Of a DNA stretch of 64,000 bases, positions 62,740-64,000 are shown piece after piece. The stretch lies in IMG/VR virus record IMGVR_UViG_3300044742_000375; one strand, 5' to 3'. Below the pieces are notes generated by a model that was not told where the DNA came from, did not search any database, and saw only the letters and a list, made by a program, of their open reading frames with translations. The position numbers and the translations under genes are program-made. The stretch's first letter is position 1, and every line of letters begins with the position of its first letter. The stretch is from a virus.

Positions 62740-63465
62740 ATGGGTAGCGAAACCAACCCTTTCGGTGCCTGGATCAGGCATGAAAAACCCATGCTGGTGT
62801 CCGAGACGCCAGTGGAGATGGATATTACTACCGGAGTGAACGACGAATACGGGTTGAGCGCCGCCGCATCCGCCGAAGGCGGGGCGAAGGGCGAGGTGGA
62901 TGAAGAGGAGCGGGCGGACCAGGAGGTGATCAATGGGGTCGTCGACGCCACGTCCGTCCTCGCCGAGGTTCCGGCTTTCACGCCCCAGGTATTATATGCG
63001 TTTTGTACCGACGTGGCCCAGAATGTGCACACCTACGCGCAGATCGCCCTCAGGTATGGGTTCGTCGACGTGGCGCAGATGGCGGAATTTCTACGCGATC
63101 AGCACGTCATCCGCAGGCGTATCAAGGAGTACAAGGCGGTCTGGGAAAGCGACACCAACGTACGCGAGCGGATACGCGAGCTATCTGGTCACGCGGTGCT
63201 GGCGGCGCTGCCGACGACGGCTCAGATCATGCTGGACGCCAAACAACCGGCGAACACCCGCATCGACGCGGTGAAGCAGCACGCGATCATGGCCGGGGCC
63301 CAGGCGAGCGGGATCGGCGCGGCGGCGGGCGCGGGTGGCGGTCCGAGCGCCGCCAGGTTCTCCATCCAGATCATGTTCGCCAATTCGGGCAAGACCGAGA
63401 CGTTCACCACCATCCAGGCCGAACCCGCGAAACCGGACGACCGCGACATCGTCGTTCCGCCCTGA
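62740..63465 (+). CDS. hypothetical DNA-binding-like protein, possibly small terminase subunit
   Basis: track ORF; GAGGA 7 nt upstream; divergent from portal; HTH-like YAQIALRYGFVDVAQMAEFL; function is a guess. Confidence 0.55.
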   Translation: MGSETNPFGAWIRHEKPMLVSETPVEMDITTGVNDEYGLSAAASAEGGAKGEVDEEERADQEVINGVVDATSVLAEVPAFTPQVLYAFCTDVAQNVHTYAQIALRYGFVDVAQMAEFLRDQHVIRRRIKEYKAVWESDTNVRERIRELSGHAVLAALPTTAQIMLDAKQPANTRIDAVKQHAIMAGAQASGIGAAAGAGGGPSAARFSIQIMFANSGKTETFTTIQAEPAKPDDRDIVVPP

Positions 63466-63476
63466 GGAGTAAAACC

Positions 63477-63650
63477 ATGAGCCCATTGGCGATCATACTC
63501 ATCGTGCTGCTCATCGTGTTCCTGGTCGGCGGCGGGTGGGGCTGGAACACCGGATGGTACGCGAACAGCCCGCATTATGGTTACGGTATGGGAATTGGCG
63601 GAATCATCATCCTGGTGTTGCTCGTATTGTTGCTCATGGGCCGGATATGA
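63477..63650 (+). CDS. small membrane protein (57 aa) resembling bacterial DUF3309-type proteins
   Basis: last 57 codons of track ORF 63003-63650; GAGGAGTAAAACC then ATG; MSPLAIILIVLLIVFLVGGGWGW...GGIIILVLLVLLLMGRI; family assignment from memory. Confidence 0.55.
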   Translation: MSPLAIILIVLLIVFLVGGGWGWNTGWYANSPHYGYGMGIGGIIILVLLVLLLMGRI

Positions 63651-63949
63651 CTCGTTTACCGGGAGGGCCGATCACCAGGGATCGGGCGCGGGGGACGCAA
63701 AAGGATCATTACCCGCTCGATCCGGCGATGATGGCGCGATCATGCCGGAAACTGGCGCGGGACATGCGGACGGAAGCGGCGCTGGGGTACCCGCCCATTT
63801 CATTACGCTCGTTCCACGGCGAGGTCAGGCGCTATATCAGCCGGGCCGACGCGGCGGCGAGCATGGACAAACAGGCGGAACGGTGGGAGCGGGAAGCCTC
63901 GGGCGGCGAGCGCAACACCGAGGACCGCGACAAACTGGGAATGTATTGA
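63647..63949 (+). CDS. hypothetical protein (100 aa)
   Basis: in frame with track ORF 63536-63949; ATGA overlap with previous stop. Confidence 0.5.
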   Translation: MTRLPGGPITRDRARGTQKDHYPLDPAMMARSCRKLARDMRTEAALGYPPISLRSFHGEVRRYISRADAAASMDKQAERWEREASGGERNTEDRDKLGMY

Positions 63950-64000
63950 AGCGCGGGTCGAGCCGGGCCGGTACCACCGGAGGTGGGAACGGCGGCGAGG

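Larger units (their letters stand above)
1101..64000. mobile_element. tailed-phage genome segment (podovirus-like; free phage or prophage), continuing beyond the right edge
   Basis: contiguous phage replication module plus portal/scaffold/capsid/fibre/ejection-protein module; no tape measure or sheath; no integrase or att repeat seen. Confidence 0.85.

Noticed and set aside
1-64000. CRISPR arrays, rRNA or tRNA genes, and IS or transposase genes.
   Set aside because: No regularly spaced short direct repeats with unique spacers, no cloverleaf candidates and no transposase-like ORFs were seen on reading. A tRNAscan or Infernal run would be needed for certainty.

Overview
This 64-kb, high-G+C window is almost entirely a tailed-phage genome, either a free phage contig or a prophage; no integrase is seen. 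All functional calls rest on motifs read by eye, and no database or structure searches were run.

Layout:
- 1-266: a partial minus-strand gene at the left edge.
- 267-1100: a gene-free, stem-loop-rich leader of about 830 bp.
- 1117-24691: a plus-strand early/replication arm. It holds about 20 tiny early genes, a MoxR-type AAA+ ATPase with a VWA/metallopeptidase partner, a family A DNA polymerase, ParB-like, Cas4-like and VRR-NUC nucleases, an SNF2 helicase and a primase-polymerase/helicase.
- 62651 down to 24708: a convergent minus-strand virion arm. It holds portal, scaffold, capsid, five Lys-rich small paralogues and three fibre/spike genes with C-terminal intramolecular-chaperone domains (one a 2243-aa collagen-like fibre). 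It also holds a nozzle-like protein; GNAT, SAM-methyltransferase and PAPS-reductase-like enzymes embedded among ejection proteins; a 1071-aa lytic-transglycosylase protein; a 2549-aa polyvalent-type protein; and an HNH endonuclease.
- 62740 onward: a divergent plus-strand unit.

There are no tape-measure or sheath genes, so the phage looks podovirus-like. The window contains no phage RNA polymerase, large terminase or obvious endolysin. Genes are tightly translationally coupled through ATGA, GTGA and TAATG overlaps.

The most striking non-genic signal is a conserved stop-RBS-start junction cassette (TTAATAC or TTACGAC followed by GGGAGTGAAAC) in front of more than 20 genes. Its core also recurs about 25 times as a 15-bp dyad inside genes on both strands.
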